Source of the DNA: Mobula hypostoma
Taxonomy: Eukaryota
DNA length: 64,000 nucleotides
Reading direction: 5' to 3'
NCBI RefSeq assembly: GCF_963921235.1
Contig: NC_086097.1
Coordinates: 146,012,001 to 146,076,000 of the forward strand
Of the stretch, positions 11,230-22,584 are shown piece after piece. The notes beneath the pieces are model-generated. The model did not search any database, was not told where the DNA came from, and worked only from the letters and a program-made list of their open reading frames with translations. The stretch's first letter is position 1. The number at the start of each line of letters is the position of its first letter. The position numbers and the translations under genes are program-made.

Positions 11230-12425
11230 AGTAAATGTATTATCAATGTACAGTACACATATGTCACCATAAACAACACTGAGATTTGTTTTTTGTGGGT
11301 ATACACAGCAAATCCAGGAACCATAATAGAATCAATGAAAGACTGCACCCAACAGGATGGACAAGAAACCAATGTGCTGAAGACAACAAGATATGCAAAA
11401 ACTAAAGAAAGAAAGAAAAAATTATTATAAATACATAAACAATAAATAAGAGGAATATGAAATGAAGAGTCCTTGAAAGTGAGTCCGTAGATTGAGGGAT
11501 CGGTTCAATGATGAGGCAAGTGAAGTTATCCCACAGGTTCAGGAGCCTAATAGTTACAGGGTAATTACTGTTCCTGAACCTGGTGGTGTGAGTCCTGAAG
11601 CATCTGTATCTTCTTCCTGATGGCGGAAGTGAGAAGATAGCATAGCCTGTATGGTGATTATCCTCGATGATGGTTACTGCTTTCCAGCAACAGTGCTGCC
11701 TGTAGATGCACTAAGCGGTGGGAAGGGCATTACCCATGATGGACTGGGCCGTATCCACTACTTTTTGGGGCTTTGACATTCAAGGGCATTAGTGTTTCCA
11801 TTCCAGGCTGTGATACAATCAGTCAATATACTCTCTACCACATACCGATTGAAGTTTGTCCAAATTATAGTCATGCTGAATCTTCACAAACTCCTAAGAA
11901 ACTAGAGGCACTGCGATGTTTTCTTCATAATTGTACTTATGTGCTGGCCCAGGAGAGGTCCTCTGAAATGATGATAAAGTCGCTGACTCTCTCCTCCTCT
12001 GACCTGATGAGCAGTGGCTCATGGACCTCTAGTTTCCTCTTCCTGAAGTCAATAATCAGCTCCTTGGTCTTGCTGACTTTGAGTAAAAGTTTCTTGTTAT
12101 GGCACCACTCAGCCAGATTTTCAGTCTCCCTCCTATATGATGATTCGGCCAACAACAGTGGTGTCGTCAGCAAACTTGAATATGGCATTGCAGCTGTGCG
12201 TAGCCACACAGTCATTAGTGTAAAGAGAGTAGAGCAGAGAGGAAGCATACACCTTCTTAGTGCACCTGTGCTGAGGGAAATTGTCAAGGAGATGTTGTTG
12301 CCAATCCAAACTGACTGGGGTCTGCAAGTGAGGAATTCGAGGGTCCAATTCCACAAGGAGGTATTGAGGCCAAGGTCTTGAAGCTTCTTGATTAGTTTTG
12401 AGGGGATGATTGTATTGACATAACA
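11230..12425 (-). mobile_element. Rex1/Babar-type LINE, 5'-truncated and degraded
   Basis: [27 protein letters not shown] and [13 protein letters not shown] fragments. Confidence 0.8.
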
Positions 12426-13032
12426 TGTTTCTCATACTTCACAAAACATGGAAGATAGTCATGAAGTCAATCTTGGAGCAATCCAATCAATCCCATTCCC
12501 TGTCTTATATTACTGTAACCTATTCCCCCTTACGTATGATCAGTCAAAGGCCTAATTTTAAGTGTAACTAGCCAAGCAACCTTTGGGAAAGGGAAGGGAA
12601 TTGGAGCATCCACGAGATACTGTTGAAGTCACGGAGAGTATACAAACTCCACACAGATAGTTTATTCACCAGCTAAGTGCTGGTTTTCTTCTATTGAGGT
12701 AGAGTGGCTGCAATGTTTACTATATATGAAAGAAATACTGCAGCTGTTCCCTATCTACCACATTTCTCTTTTCCAGCTGTCACACCTCAAGGATCACACT
12801 CAAATTTATCTGTCACATTTCAAAAGAAAAATCAAAGAAACAGAGACAATTTGACCCGAGGAATCATATTGATTGTAGGGTTGAAGGAGATTATCAAGAT
12901 TTAGTGGGGCAATTCATGGAGAGATTCTAAACAAGGATGAACATTATAAAATTAAAGCGTTGCAAGCCGGAAAGCTAATGAAAGGCAGATTCCTCAACAT
13001 CAGTGTCTCTCTAAAAGAACTCACCCTCTGGT

Positions 13033-14205
13033 TGTGATGTATTAAATTTTGTAAAATATTAGATGAAAGTCTGAACAGCTCTCAGTGACACTTTAACTCT
13101 TTGTGAGCTCACAGCATGTAAGGTGTCAAGGTGTCTGTACAAGTTAAACACAGGACTGTTACTGTCTAGTGTTTGCTGAAAGCAGCTGGAGTCTCTCTTG
13201 GCCTCAGGCACCAGTGGCATGAGAACAAAAGACCAATGAGCTTATCTGTCTCTACGTGTCTCTCAATGCTTGTGGAACTCCTTTCAAAAACGATGCTGAG
13301 CCATTGGCACGAGAACAAAAGATAAAGAGCTTGTCTGTCTCTATGTGTCTCTCTATGCTTGTGGGATCCCCTGTTTATTGGGATGCCTTTTGCTCAGTTC
13401 TTGGGACTTCACCGACTGAAGAATCATGATCGATTGGGGCCTAGGTCCCAGACCCAAGGTGGTTTCATGAATTAGAATTCGGTGTTCCCCCGACCACAGT
13501 GATAGTCAGATCTCCTGATGATGTTAATAATCAAGTGGAGACTAAAGGCTGATTTATACTTGTGCGTCAAATGTACGCTGTAGGTACCGCGTATCCTACG
13601 CCGTAGGGTGACTTGCACCTCCCCAAAAATGTAACTCACACGTTGCGGCGACACAGACCGCAACAACTGCGATTGGTCCGCTTGGTAGCATCGCATTTCC
13701 TCCTACACATTTCCTGTTGCTTTTCTCCGCCATGTCTGTACGCCAATGCAAAATAAATGGTTGGAGATGATAAACCAAATCATCAAATCTTACCTGCTGA
13801 CACCCGAAAATATCTGAAATGCATTTCCTCCTCCGTGTCTCTCACGAAGAAACTCAACCCAGTGGCATGGAAACCCCACCGCCAACTAGCATTGTGGTGG
13901 TGAATTGCAGAGCGACGCACACAACTACGCATGCTCGCTACAGCAAAGGTATAAATCAGGCCTACGGCGTAGCCCGTACACACAAGTACAAATCAGCCTT
14001 AAAAATCGTGAACTTTGAATTCTTGGTAGCTTACTACGTAGTATTTTGTGTGGTTTATTTGTGCTTTTTTATTTTACGATAGTAAGTTTGGCTTAACTTA
14101 CTTTGTTGTGTTTGTACACTTATTACTCAGATAGTTTGGGTACTTTGGGTCTGATCAACCCAGGCCATTAAACTTAGTATTTATTTTGCATTCTTAAAAT
14201 CTACA
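13033..14205 (+). mobile_element. Possible old solo LTR hosting the Harbinger MITE
   Basis: TG...CA ends, internal ~60-bp duplication (13217-13280 vs 13306-13365), ATTAAA near 14167; TSD poor. Confidence 0.3.
13546..13999 (-). mobile_element. Non-autonomous PIF/Harbinger DNA transposon (MITE, 454 bp)
   Basis: TIRs AGGCTGATTTATACTTGTGCGT / ACACACAAGTACAAATCAGCCT; TAA TSD (13543-13545, 14000-14002); minus-strand transposase N-terminal remnant 'EEMHFRYFRVSAG'. Confidence 0.85.
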
Positions 14206-14394
14206 CTGTATATAGCATTTCTGATATTTTACTTTTATTATTCATAGTGAAATAAAAACAAGCCCATGACACAAATTATTCCTTTCCTTACAATTTCCAA
14301 AGGTCTCAAAGTGGATAATATTTTATCTATGCGTCATGGATGGCAGCTTCAAGCAATTCCAACTTCCCAGTCTTGAAGAAGCTCACCTTCCAAG

Positions 14395-14728
14395 ACGCAA
14401 GAGGAGGCCATTCAGCCCACCAGGTCGATGTTGACTCCCAAGAGAGCTGTTCAATTAGTTCCTGTTCCTAGTTTCCCCTGTTCCCTGCAACTTTCTCATG
14501 TGCTGATCAACTACTTCTTAATTGTATGTAGACTCTTACTCAGGGGCAAGTTACACAGCTGATTGACCGAACAGCACCCTTTTAGGACAGGACGAAACAA
14601 AAGCATCTGGTAGAATGCTGTCACAAGGAGAATATGCAAACTCCACACAGTCAGTGCCCAAGGTTAGGATCAAACTCTGGCCCCTGAGCATGAGGCAGCA
14701 ATGCTAACTACTGCACCATTGTTGCTTC
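14395..14728 (-). mobile_element. tRNA-derived SINE (V-SINE/HE1-like), degraded
   Basis: Reverse complement starts 'gcaacaatggtgcagtagttagcattgctgcctca', has 'gtggagtttgcatattctcc' and a CR1-like tail. Confidence 0.6.
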
Positions 14729-14964
14729 CTGGTTATGTCTGCAGGTCTCCATGGCCTAAGAAATGAGACATTAGATCTTTGGGAACCACAGAAGAGAATC
14801 CAATTGTATAAATCCATTGCAGGAAACACCGGAGGTAGGGTTTCTCTCTATTGGGTTTTTTTATGAAGTAGGCTAAACAAATAGCGCATTATTTCTCTTT
14901 TGCAATATTTATTTACTGTAACATAATATTAGCTTTTAATGTCCTGTACTGTACTGTTGCAAAG

Positions 14965-15140
14965 CCGGCTGGTGTAGTGGCATCCTCACAGATTTTGGGG
15001 TGAGTGGTTCTGGGTTCAAATCTGGCCAGCTCCCTGCACACATTCCATCCATGCTGGGTTGAGTGCCCAGCTAGCAACTCAGCCTAAAACAGACAAACAC
15101 TAAAGAAACAGCAAGATGGCCACCCAATGCACCGGGAGGA
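14965..15140 (+). mobile_element. tRNA-derived SINE head
   Basis: A-box-like TGGTGTAGTGG and B-box-like GGTTCAAATC. Confidence 0.5.
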
Positions 15141-15504
15141 TTTTATTATAACTTCCTGGACTGTTGCCACAAAATCACAAGTTTCACGACTTACAGTCAG
15201 TCTGAAATAACAAACATGATTCTGATTCCGAGTTACTTCTTGCAGAAACTGAATGACTCCCAAATGTTGGCAGAGGCTATAGATTATCTGACCATATATT
15301 AGTTTTCAGACAAGGTAGTGCAGACAGGCCATCTCAATTCAAATGAGATGCCCATCAAATTACCATGCGCCTTCTAGAAAGGTTGCCAGTGCAAGTTTTG
15401 GGCTGGCATGAGGGGGAGGGTAAGACGAATATGTAGTAAATGCCTGACATTTGGAGTGCACTGGGACTATGGCCTTTGCATTTTCAGGGTATGAAGCAAC
15501 TGGT

Positions 15505-16780
15505 CTACAGCAGGTGCCATCTCATTGGCTCTTTACTCAACCCTGGAACATCTGGACAGCAAAGATGAAATACATCAGGGTGTCCTCTATCGATTATAGC
15601 TCGACATTTAATACCATCATCCCCTTAAAACTAATCAGTAAACTGGGCCTCAGTACCCCCTTATGCAATTGGATCCTGGACTTACTCACTTGTAGACCTC
15701 AGTCAGTTCGGATTGGCAAAAACATCTCCTCCACTATCTCCATCAGCACAGGAGCTCCACAGGGATGTGTGCTTAGCCTCTTGCTCTACTCCTTTGCACC
15801 CATGACTGTGTGGCTAAACACAGCTCCAAAGCCATATACAAGTTTGCTGATAACACCACTGTTGTGGGCCATATCAAAGTTGGTGATGAATCAGCGTAGA
15901 GGAGGGAGATTGAAAATTCGGCTGAATGATGTAATAACAACAACCGCTCACTCAATGTCAGTAAGACCAAGGAACTGATAGCAAATTTCAGGAGAGGGAA
16001 ACCTAAAGTCTATGAGCCGGTACTCATTGAAGGATCACAGGAGGAGAGAGTCAGTAATTTTAAATTCCCGGCTGTCGCTATCTTAGAGGACCTGTCCTGG
16101 ATGCATCATATAAATGCAATTGCAAAGAAAGCATAACAGTGCCTCTACTTCCTTAGGAGTCTGCAGAGATTCAGCATGTCATCAAAAACTTGGCAAACTT
16201 CTACAGATGTGTGGCGTAAAGTATGGTGACTGGCTGGATTCTGGCCTGGTATAGGAACATCAATACCTTTGAGTGGAAAATCCTAAGAAAGGTAGTGGAT
16301 TTGGCCCAGTATATCACGGATAAAGCCCTCCCAACTATTGAGCACATCTCTATGAAACGTTGCTGTAGAAAAGCAGCATCCATTATCAAAGATCCTTAGC
16401 ACTCAGGCCATGCTCTTTTCTCACTGCTATCATCTGGTAGAAGGTACAAGTGCCTTAGGACTGGCACCACCAGGTTCAAGAACACTCATTATCCCTCAAC
16501 CATCAGGTTCTTGAACAAAAGCGGATAACTATACTCATTCTATTTCCGGTGTTCCCAAACCGATGACCTCACTAAGGACTATTTATCTTGCTATTTCATT
16601 TTCGTTATTTATTGCTATTTATTTATATTTGCATTTGCACCAGCTTGTTGTTCATTGATCCTGTTTACAGTTTTTGTTCTACAGATTTGTTGAGTACACC
16701 ACAGGGAAAAAAATGTCAGTGTTGTATGTCCTGACAAGTATGTACTCTGATAATAAATGTTACTTTGAACTTTGAACTGT
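15505..16780 (+). mobile_element. Rex1/Babar-type LINE, 5'-truncated
   Basis: [42 protein letters not shown]; (ttgaac)n tail at ~16765-16778. Confidence 0.85.
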
Positions 16781-17980
16781 GAAATTTATTCATGCAGGAT
16801 ACATTCCCCTCCTGATAAAACAGCACGATGTACAATATATTATAAGCATTCTTGCTATCATTTATGTAAATTCTGCTCCCTGCATCTGTCTCATTTGGAT
16901 GGGGAGAAAAACTGCTCAGGTGGAAGTATTGATCGTGAACAAGAAATATGTTAAACAGGAAATAGAAAAAGTACAAATATATCTGAGTGAATATTAAAGG
17001 GAATAACCAAAAGCTTAGGATTCCTAGGACTCTGGGAGTCTAAGAAGGTTGAAATAAACTGCATTTACAAGTTAAATAATTATTTATAGGGAATATAATA
17101 AAGTAAAAAAATCAAAACAAATGTATGGAGGCAGAATTATCATAGAAAAGAAGATTAAAAGAAAATTAATGAATTTTGAATTGGTATTTAATTTATTATA
17201 TTCACATACAAAAGTACAGTGATAAACATGGCTTCTATTCAGATTATTTCACAGTATCAGTACATTGTACTAGTACAAGGGAAAAACAACAACCAGAACA
17301 CAAAATACGGTATTACTGTTACAGAAAAATACAGTGCAGGCATTCATTGAAGTGCATGGCTAAGACAATGTCGACTGCAAGGTCAAGGGTCCATTTTATT
17401 GTGCAATAAGACTATTCAATTGTCTCATAACAGTGGGATAGAAGCTGTCCTTGATTTGAAGATAAATAAAAAACATTGCATTGAAATAAGAAAATACTCA
17501 TGTGGAATGAAGTGTTCAGTTTTGTGGAAGCCCAAGAGAAGCGCATGTAACCCTCTCACCGGGACTTGTACACCAAATTGGCTCATTAGCTAACGTTGCT
17601 AACAGCCATGTGACTCACCAGTGAGAAGGCCACCTCTCATAAGCAACATATGTCTGGGGTCGGTATGATGTGGGGTTGAACCAAACAGAAACTACAAGAT
17701 ATTCTGATTAAAAGAACCTTGATCTGAGCAATTGCGTGTTAATACTGCCCAAACATAATTGTCATCCCAGAAATGACAGATCGTACTCCAGCATAAAATT
17801 ATAAAGAAAGTGTATTTACCAATTTGCAACTTTATCAAACAGGTAACTGAGAAAAAAAAAACAAGATAAAAGGACCCATTACAGTTAAACCAGTCTAAAT
17901 GTGCACATAAACTTTGGAGCTCATTTCTGTATTAGCTGAATGCATTGCTTTACTCACAGTGTTGAATTCTCATCACCCAC

Positions 17981-18209
17981 TGTGGTAAACCATGTATATA
18001 TGTTGTAACTCGGTTATCTGTCTGGACACACCCCTCTGCTGACTGTCCCTGTGGCTCCTCCCACAGGGTCCTATATAAAGGTGTTCGCCTTGCCCCTCCC
18101 CCTCAGTCCGGGGGCAGACACTCACTGTGGAGGTCGTATTGTACAGCGAATAAAAGCCTTTCAGTATTTTACCAAACCTCAGTCTTTTGGAGTAATTGAA
18201 GGTGCTTCA
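17981..18209 (+). repeat. 5' LTR
   Basis: TGTGG...CTTCA; TATATAAA at ~18072; AATAAA at 18149-18154. Confidence 0.97.
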
Positions 18210-18235
18210 ATTTTATTCGCTGTATGTTTTAAAAC

Positions 18236-19429
18236 ATGGAACAGGCTCTGAGACCAGAAAAATTAGACCTCGATCCGCAAATGCCTGACGCTGGAAACGC
18301 TTTCGAACTCTGGCTGGCCTGCTTCAAAGCGTATCTAGAGGAGATTAAAGCGACCGACCCTGTAGCAAAGCGCAGAGTTCTACTCTCCAGGGTCAGTCCA
18401 CGGGTTTATTCGCTAATCAGCGACCAGCCGAACTACGACGGCGCAATGAACGCACTCAAAAGACAATACCTGCGGCCGATAAAGAGCGTCTATGCTCGGC
18501 ATCGCTTAGCGACATGGCAACAACGTCCCGGGAAATCGAGTGCTGAGTTCGTCCAGGCCCTACAGACACTCGTGCGAGCCTGCAATTGCCAGGAGCTGAT
18601 GGCGGCGCAGCATGCAGAACTCCTAGTGAGGGACGCCTTCGTCACGGGGACCAGGTCAGTGTACGTGCACCAGGGGCTGCTGGAAAAAGCCTATCTTACC
18701 CTAAATTCGGCAATCGAGCTGGCTGATACGTTGGAGGCCGCTCTGCATAACTCCAAGGCTCTCCAGGCACACGATCCCCCGATGGCCTCGTGGGCGCCGC
18801 AGACCCCGCAACCTGCCGGCGAATCGACCTCGGCTGCCGCCAGTCGTGAGTCCGCGAAGTGTTACTTCTGCGGACTGGAGAAGCACCCCCGGAAACGCTG
18901 CGCGGCCCGACAAGCTACCTGTTCCAGCTGCGGAAAGAAGGGCCACTTCGCCAAGGTCTGTAAGTCAAAACCGCGAGCGGGATCGAGCAGTGCCGCGTGC
19001 GAGACGTGGGGGTCACCATCTTCCCTGCACACTGCCACCACGTGCGAGACATGGGGGCCGCCATCTTCCCTGCACGCCATCTTCCCTGCACACTGCCACC
19101 ACGTGCGAGACATGGGGGCCACCATCTTCCCTGCCGCCATCTTCCCTGCACACTGCCACCACGTGCGAGACATGGGGGCCACCATCTTCCCTGCTGCCAT
19201 CTTCCCTGCACGCCGCCACCACATGCGAGACATGGGGGTGGCCATCTTGGTCTGCGCCACCTCCCACCGCCTACGACCAACGGGTGCTCACGGGGCACCC
19301 CACCACGCTGGACCAAGACAGCGACCCCACCCTGGCTTCTGTGACCCTAGACCAAAACGCTCCCCACCAGCTCACAAGGTCAATGATGGACATCCTGATG
19401 GAGGGGCACAGGACAAGCTGCCTGTTTGA
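18236..19429 (+). pseudogene. gag: Gag with two Zn knuckles; true frame shifts at ~19074
   Basis: CYFCGLEKHPRKRC and CSSCGKKGHFAKVC (CCHC); one extra A in one repeat unit at 19074 moves the protease into another frame. Confidence 0.9.
18994..19250 (+). repeat. 45/60-bp coding tandem repeat in the Gag-protease linker
   Basis: 19081-19140 and 19141-19200 are near-identical; encodes (TCETWGPPSSLPPSSLHTAT)n. Confidence 0.92.
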
Positions 19430-19496
19430 CACAGGCAGCACGGAGAGTTTTATCCACCCGGCCACGGTGCAGCATTGTGGACTCATGATACGATGA
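19075..19496 (+). pseudogene. Linker + aspartic protease
   Basis: CLFDTGSTESFI (DTG catalytic motif); frameshifted by an 8-bp duplication ATGATACG x2 at 19485-19500. Confidence 0.88.
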
Positions 19497-21151
19497 TACG
19501 GCCGGTAAGTCGGAGGGTCTCCATGGCCTCCAGGTTGCATACAACAGACATCCGGGGGGGGGGTTGTGTAGCGACACTAGTGGTGCAGGGCACAGAATAT
19601 CGGGACTTTACGTTACTGGTCTTGCCTGAACTGTGTGCCCCTGTGCTGTTGGGGTTGGACTTCCAGAGCCACCTGAAAAGCGTGACAATGAAGTATGATG
19701 GGCCCCTCCCGCCAATTACTGTCATAAATCCCCTGTTTTGTAGAGATATGTCACGTACCCCGCTACTGACCACACACACACACCGACCCGCACATCCCAC
19801 CCAACATCATGCCAACTGCCACACTTCCGACCCCACTTGCGGCCTCTCCACCCTCGGGATCCCTCCCCCACCGCTGTTTGCCAACCTGACCCCCGACTAT
19901 AAACCTGTGGCAACTAAAAGCAGGAGGTACAGCGCGGGGGACAGAACCTTCATTAAGTCGGAGGTGCAGCGTCTGCTCAGGGAGGTGGTCATTGAAGCAA
20001 GCACAAGTCCTTGGAGGGCGCAGGTGGTGGTTGTTCGGAACGGGGAGAAGAATAGGATGGTCGTGGACTATAGCCAGACCATCAATAGGTTCAAGCAGCT
20101 CGACGCGTACCCTCTACCCCGCATCGCGGATATGGTCAATCAGATAGCACAGTACAAGGTGTACTCGACCATAGACCTAAAATCCGCTTACCATCAGCTC
20201 CCCATCTGCCAGGAGGACCGCCCTTACACTGCCTTCGAGGCGGACGGCAGGCTTTATCAATTCCTGCGCGTCCCCTTTGGTGTCACGAATGGTGTATCTG
20301 TCTTCCAGAGGGCAATGGACCGGATGGTGGACCAGTGCCAACTGAAGGCCACGTTCCCATATCTGGATAACATCACCATCTGCGGTCACGACCAGCAGGA
20401 TCACGACAACAACCTCCAAAAATTTCTCCAAGCGGCCAAATCTTTCAACCTCACCTATAACAAGGACAAGTGTGTATTTGGGACCACCCGACTTGCTATC
20501 CTTGGGTGTGTCGTGGAGAATGGAGTCATTGGCCCTGACCCCGACCGTATGCGCCCCTTGTTGGAACTCCCTCTTCCCAATACCCTCAGAGCCCTCAAAA
20601 GGTGTCTGGGCTTCTTTTCATATTACGCCCAATGGGGTAATAATGCAGACAAGGCCCGCCCCCTGGTCAAGGCCACCACATTCCCCCTCTCTGCCGAGGC
20701 CCACACGGCCTTCAACCGCATAAAAGGGGACATTGCCAAAGCAGCAATGCATGCGGTGGATGAGGCCATTCCCTTCCAAGTAGAGAGTGACGCCTCCAAC
20801 TTTGCGCTGGCTGCTACCCTCAACCAGGCAGGAAGACCAGTAGCGTTCTTCTCCCGTACCCTTCAAGGCCCTGAAATTCGGCACTCTGCAGTAGAGAAAG
20901 AGGCCCAGGCCATAGTGGAAGCTATAAGGCACTGGAGGCACTATCTTGCCGGGAAAAGGTTCACCCTGCTAACTGACCAGCACTCAGTCGCACTCATGTT
21001 TAATAATCAGCAGCGGAGCAAAATCAAAAATGATAAAATTCTGAGGTGGAGAATCGAACTCTCCACCTACAACTATGACATCATGTACAGGCCTGGGAAG
21101 CTCAACGAGCCCTCCGATGCCCTATCCCGGGGAACATGCGCCAGCGCGTAG
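19475..21151 (+). pseudogene. pol: Pol: protease C-terminus, reverse transcriptase and RNase H
   Basis: SPWRAQVVVV, RMVVDY, DAYPLP, IDLKSAYHQ, VPFGVTN, YLDN, ESDASNFALAA, EKEAQAIV, TDQHS, DALSR; premature TAG at 21149-21151. Confidence 0.95.
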
Positions 21152-22265
21152 ATCGACCGGCTATACGCCCTACATGTAGACCTTTGCCACCCGGAAGTCA
21201 CCCGGCTTTTCCACTTCGTGAAAGCCCGGAACCTGCTTTACTACTTGAGGAGATCAGGATGATGACCAGGGACTGCCAAGTCTGCGCAGAGTGCAAACCG
21301 CACTTCTACCGACCCGAAAAGGCACCACTCATCAAGGCCACCTGCCCCTTTGAGCGACTGAGTGTTGACTTTAAGGGCCCCCTTCCCTCCACCGACCGCA
21401 ATGTGTACTTTCTTAACGTAATTGATGAGTACTCGCGGTTCCCCTTCGCCATCCCCTGCCCCGACACCACTACCGCGTCAGTTATAAAAGCCCTGCACAA
21501 GCTCTTCACTCTGTTCAGATACCCATGCTATATCAGAGGGTCCTCGTTTATGAGTGACGAGCTGCGTCAATATCTACTGCCTAGGGGAATTTCAACCAGT
21601 AGGACCACGAGCTATAATCCCGGGGGAATGAACAGGTAGAGAAGGAGAATGGCACAGTGTGGAAAGCCACACTCTTAGCCCTCAGGTCAAAGGGACTGCC
21701 GGTCTCCCGCTGGCAGGAGGTCCTTCCCGAGGCACTCCACTCCATCCGCTCCCTGTTATGCACGTCCACCAATGCCACCCCTCATGAGCGGCTCTTTTCT
21801 TTTCCCAGAAAATCGACCACTGGAACCACCCTACCATCTTGGCTGACGTCCCCGGGGCCAGTGCTGCTCCGGAAACATGCGAGGAGCAATAAATACTCCC
21901 CGATAGTCGAGAGGGTTCACTTACTTCATGCGAACCCCCAGTATGCCTACGTGGTTTTACCTGATGGGCGGGAGGACACGGTCTCCATCCGTGACCTGGC
22001 ACCCGCAGGAGCTCCGGGCCCCTACGCTGAACACTCCTTGGTGACTATTGACCTCGTACCCACCAATGTATGTACCTACGAGACACCGTGCACCCCAAAC
22101 CCTATACAGATACCACACGACACTCCCATACCGGGCGCGACGCACACGCACAAGGGATTACCGACGCCTAACGTGCTGGCACCTGAAGTCAGGCCGGAGC
22201 CAGCACAACCGCCATCGCCGGTGCAATCACTACCGGTGCTACGTAGGTCACAGCGACGGACTTGA
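21152..22265 (+). pseudogene. Integrase, in frameshifted pieces
   Basis: H..LCH...CQVCAEC zinc motif, SVDFKGP, IDEYSRFPFA, RGSSFMS, TTSYNP, W..VLPEALHSIR. Confidence 0.9.
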
Positions 22266-22337
22266 CCGCCTGATAGACTTAACCTGTAAATATACTTGTA
22301 AATATTGTCAGTCACTTCACCCCACGGGACTCTTTTT

Positions 22338-22355
22338 AAAAAAAGGAGGGGTGAA
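22338..22355 (+). other. Polypurine tract (plus-strand primer)
   Basis: AAAAAAAGGAGGGGTGAA immediately before the 3' LTR. Confidence 0.85.
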
Positions 22356-22584
22356 TGTGGTAAACCATGTATATATGTTGTAACTCGGTTACCTGTCTGG
22401 ACACACCCCTCTGCTGACTGTCCCTGTGGCTCCTCCCACAGAATCCTGTATAAAGGTGTTTGCCTTGCCCCTCCCCCTCAGTCCGGGGGCAGACACTCAC
22501 TGTGGAGGTCGTATTGTACAGCGATTAAAAGCCTTTCAGTATTTTACCAAACCTCAGTCTTTTGGAGTAATTGAAGGTGCTTCA
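22356..22584 (+). repeat. 3' LTR
   Basis: 223/229 identical to the 5' LTR by manual comparison. Confidence 0.97.

Larger units (their letters stand above)
17981..22584 (+). mobile_element. Full-length Ty3/Gypsy LTR retrotransposon (4.6 kb), inactivated by frameshifts and a stop
   Basis: Two 229-bp LTRs (6 differences), gag-PR-RT-RNaseH-IN order, polypurine tract before the 3' LTR. Confidence 0.97.

Noticed and set aside
11773..12381. 202-aa + strand ORF
   Set aside because: It is the antisense frame of a Rex1-type RT remnant.
18051..18251. Duplicated small ORF MAPPT... (also 22426..22770)
   Set aside because: Both lie in the two LTR copies; no coding evidence.
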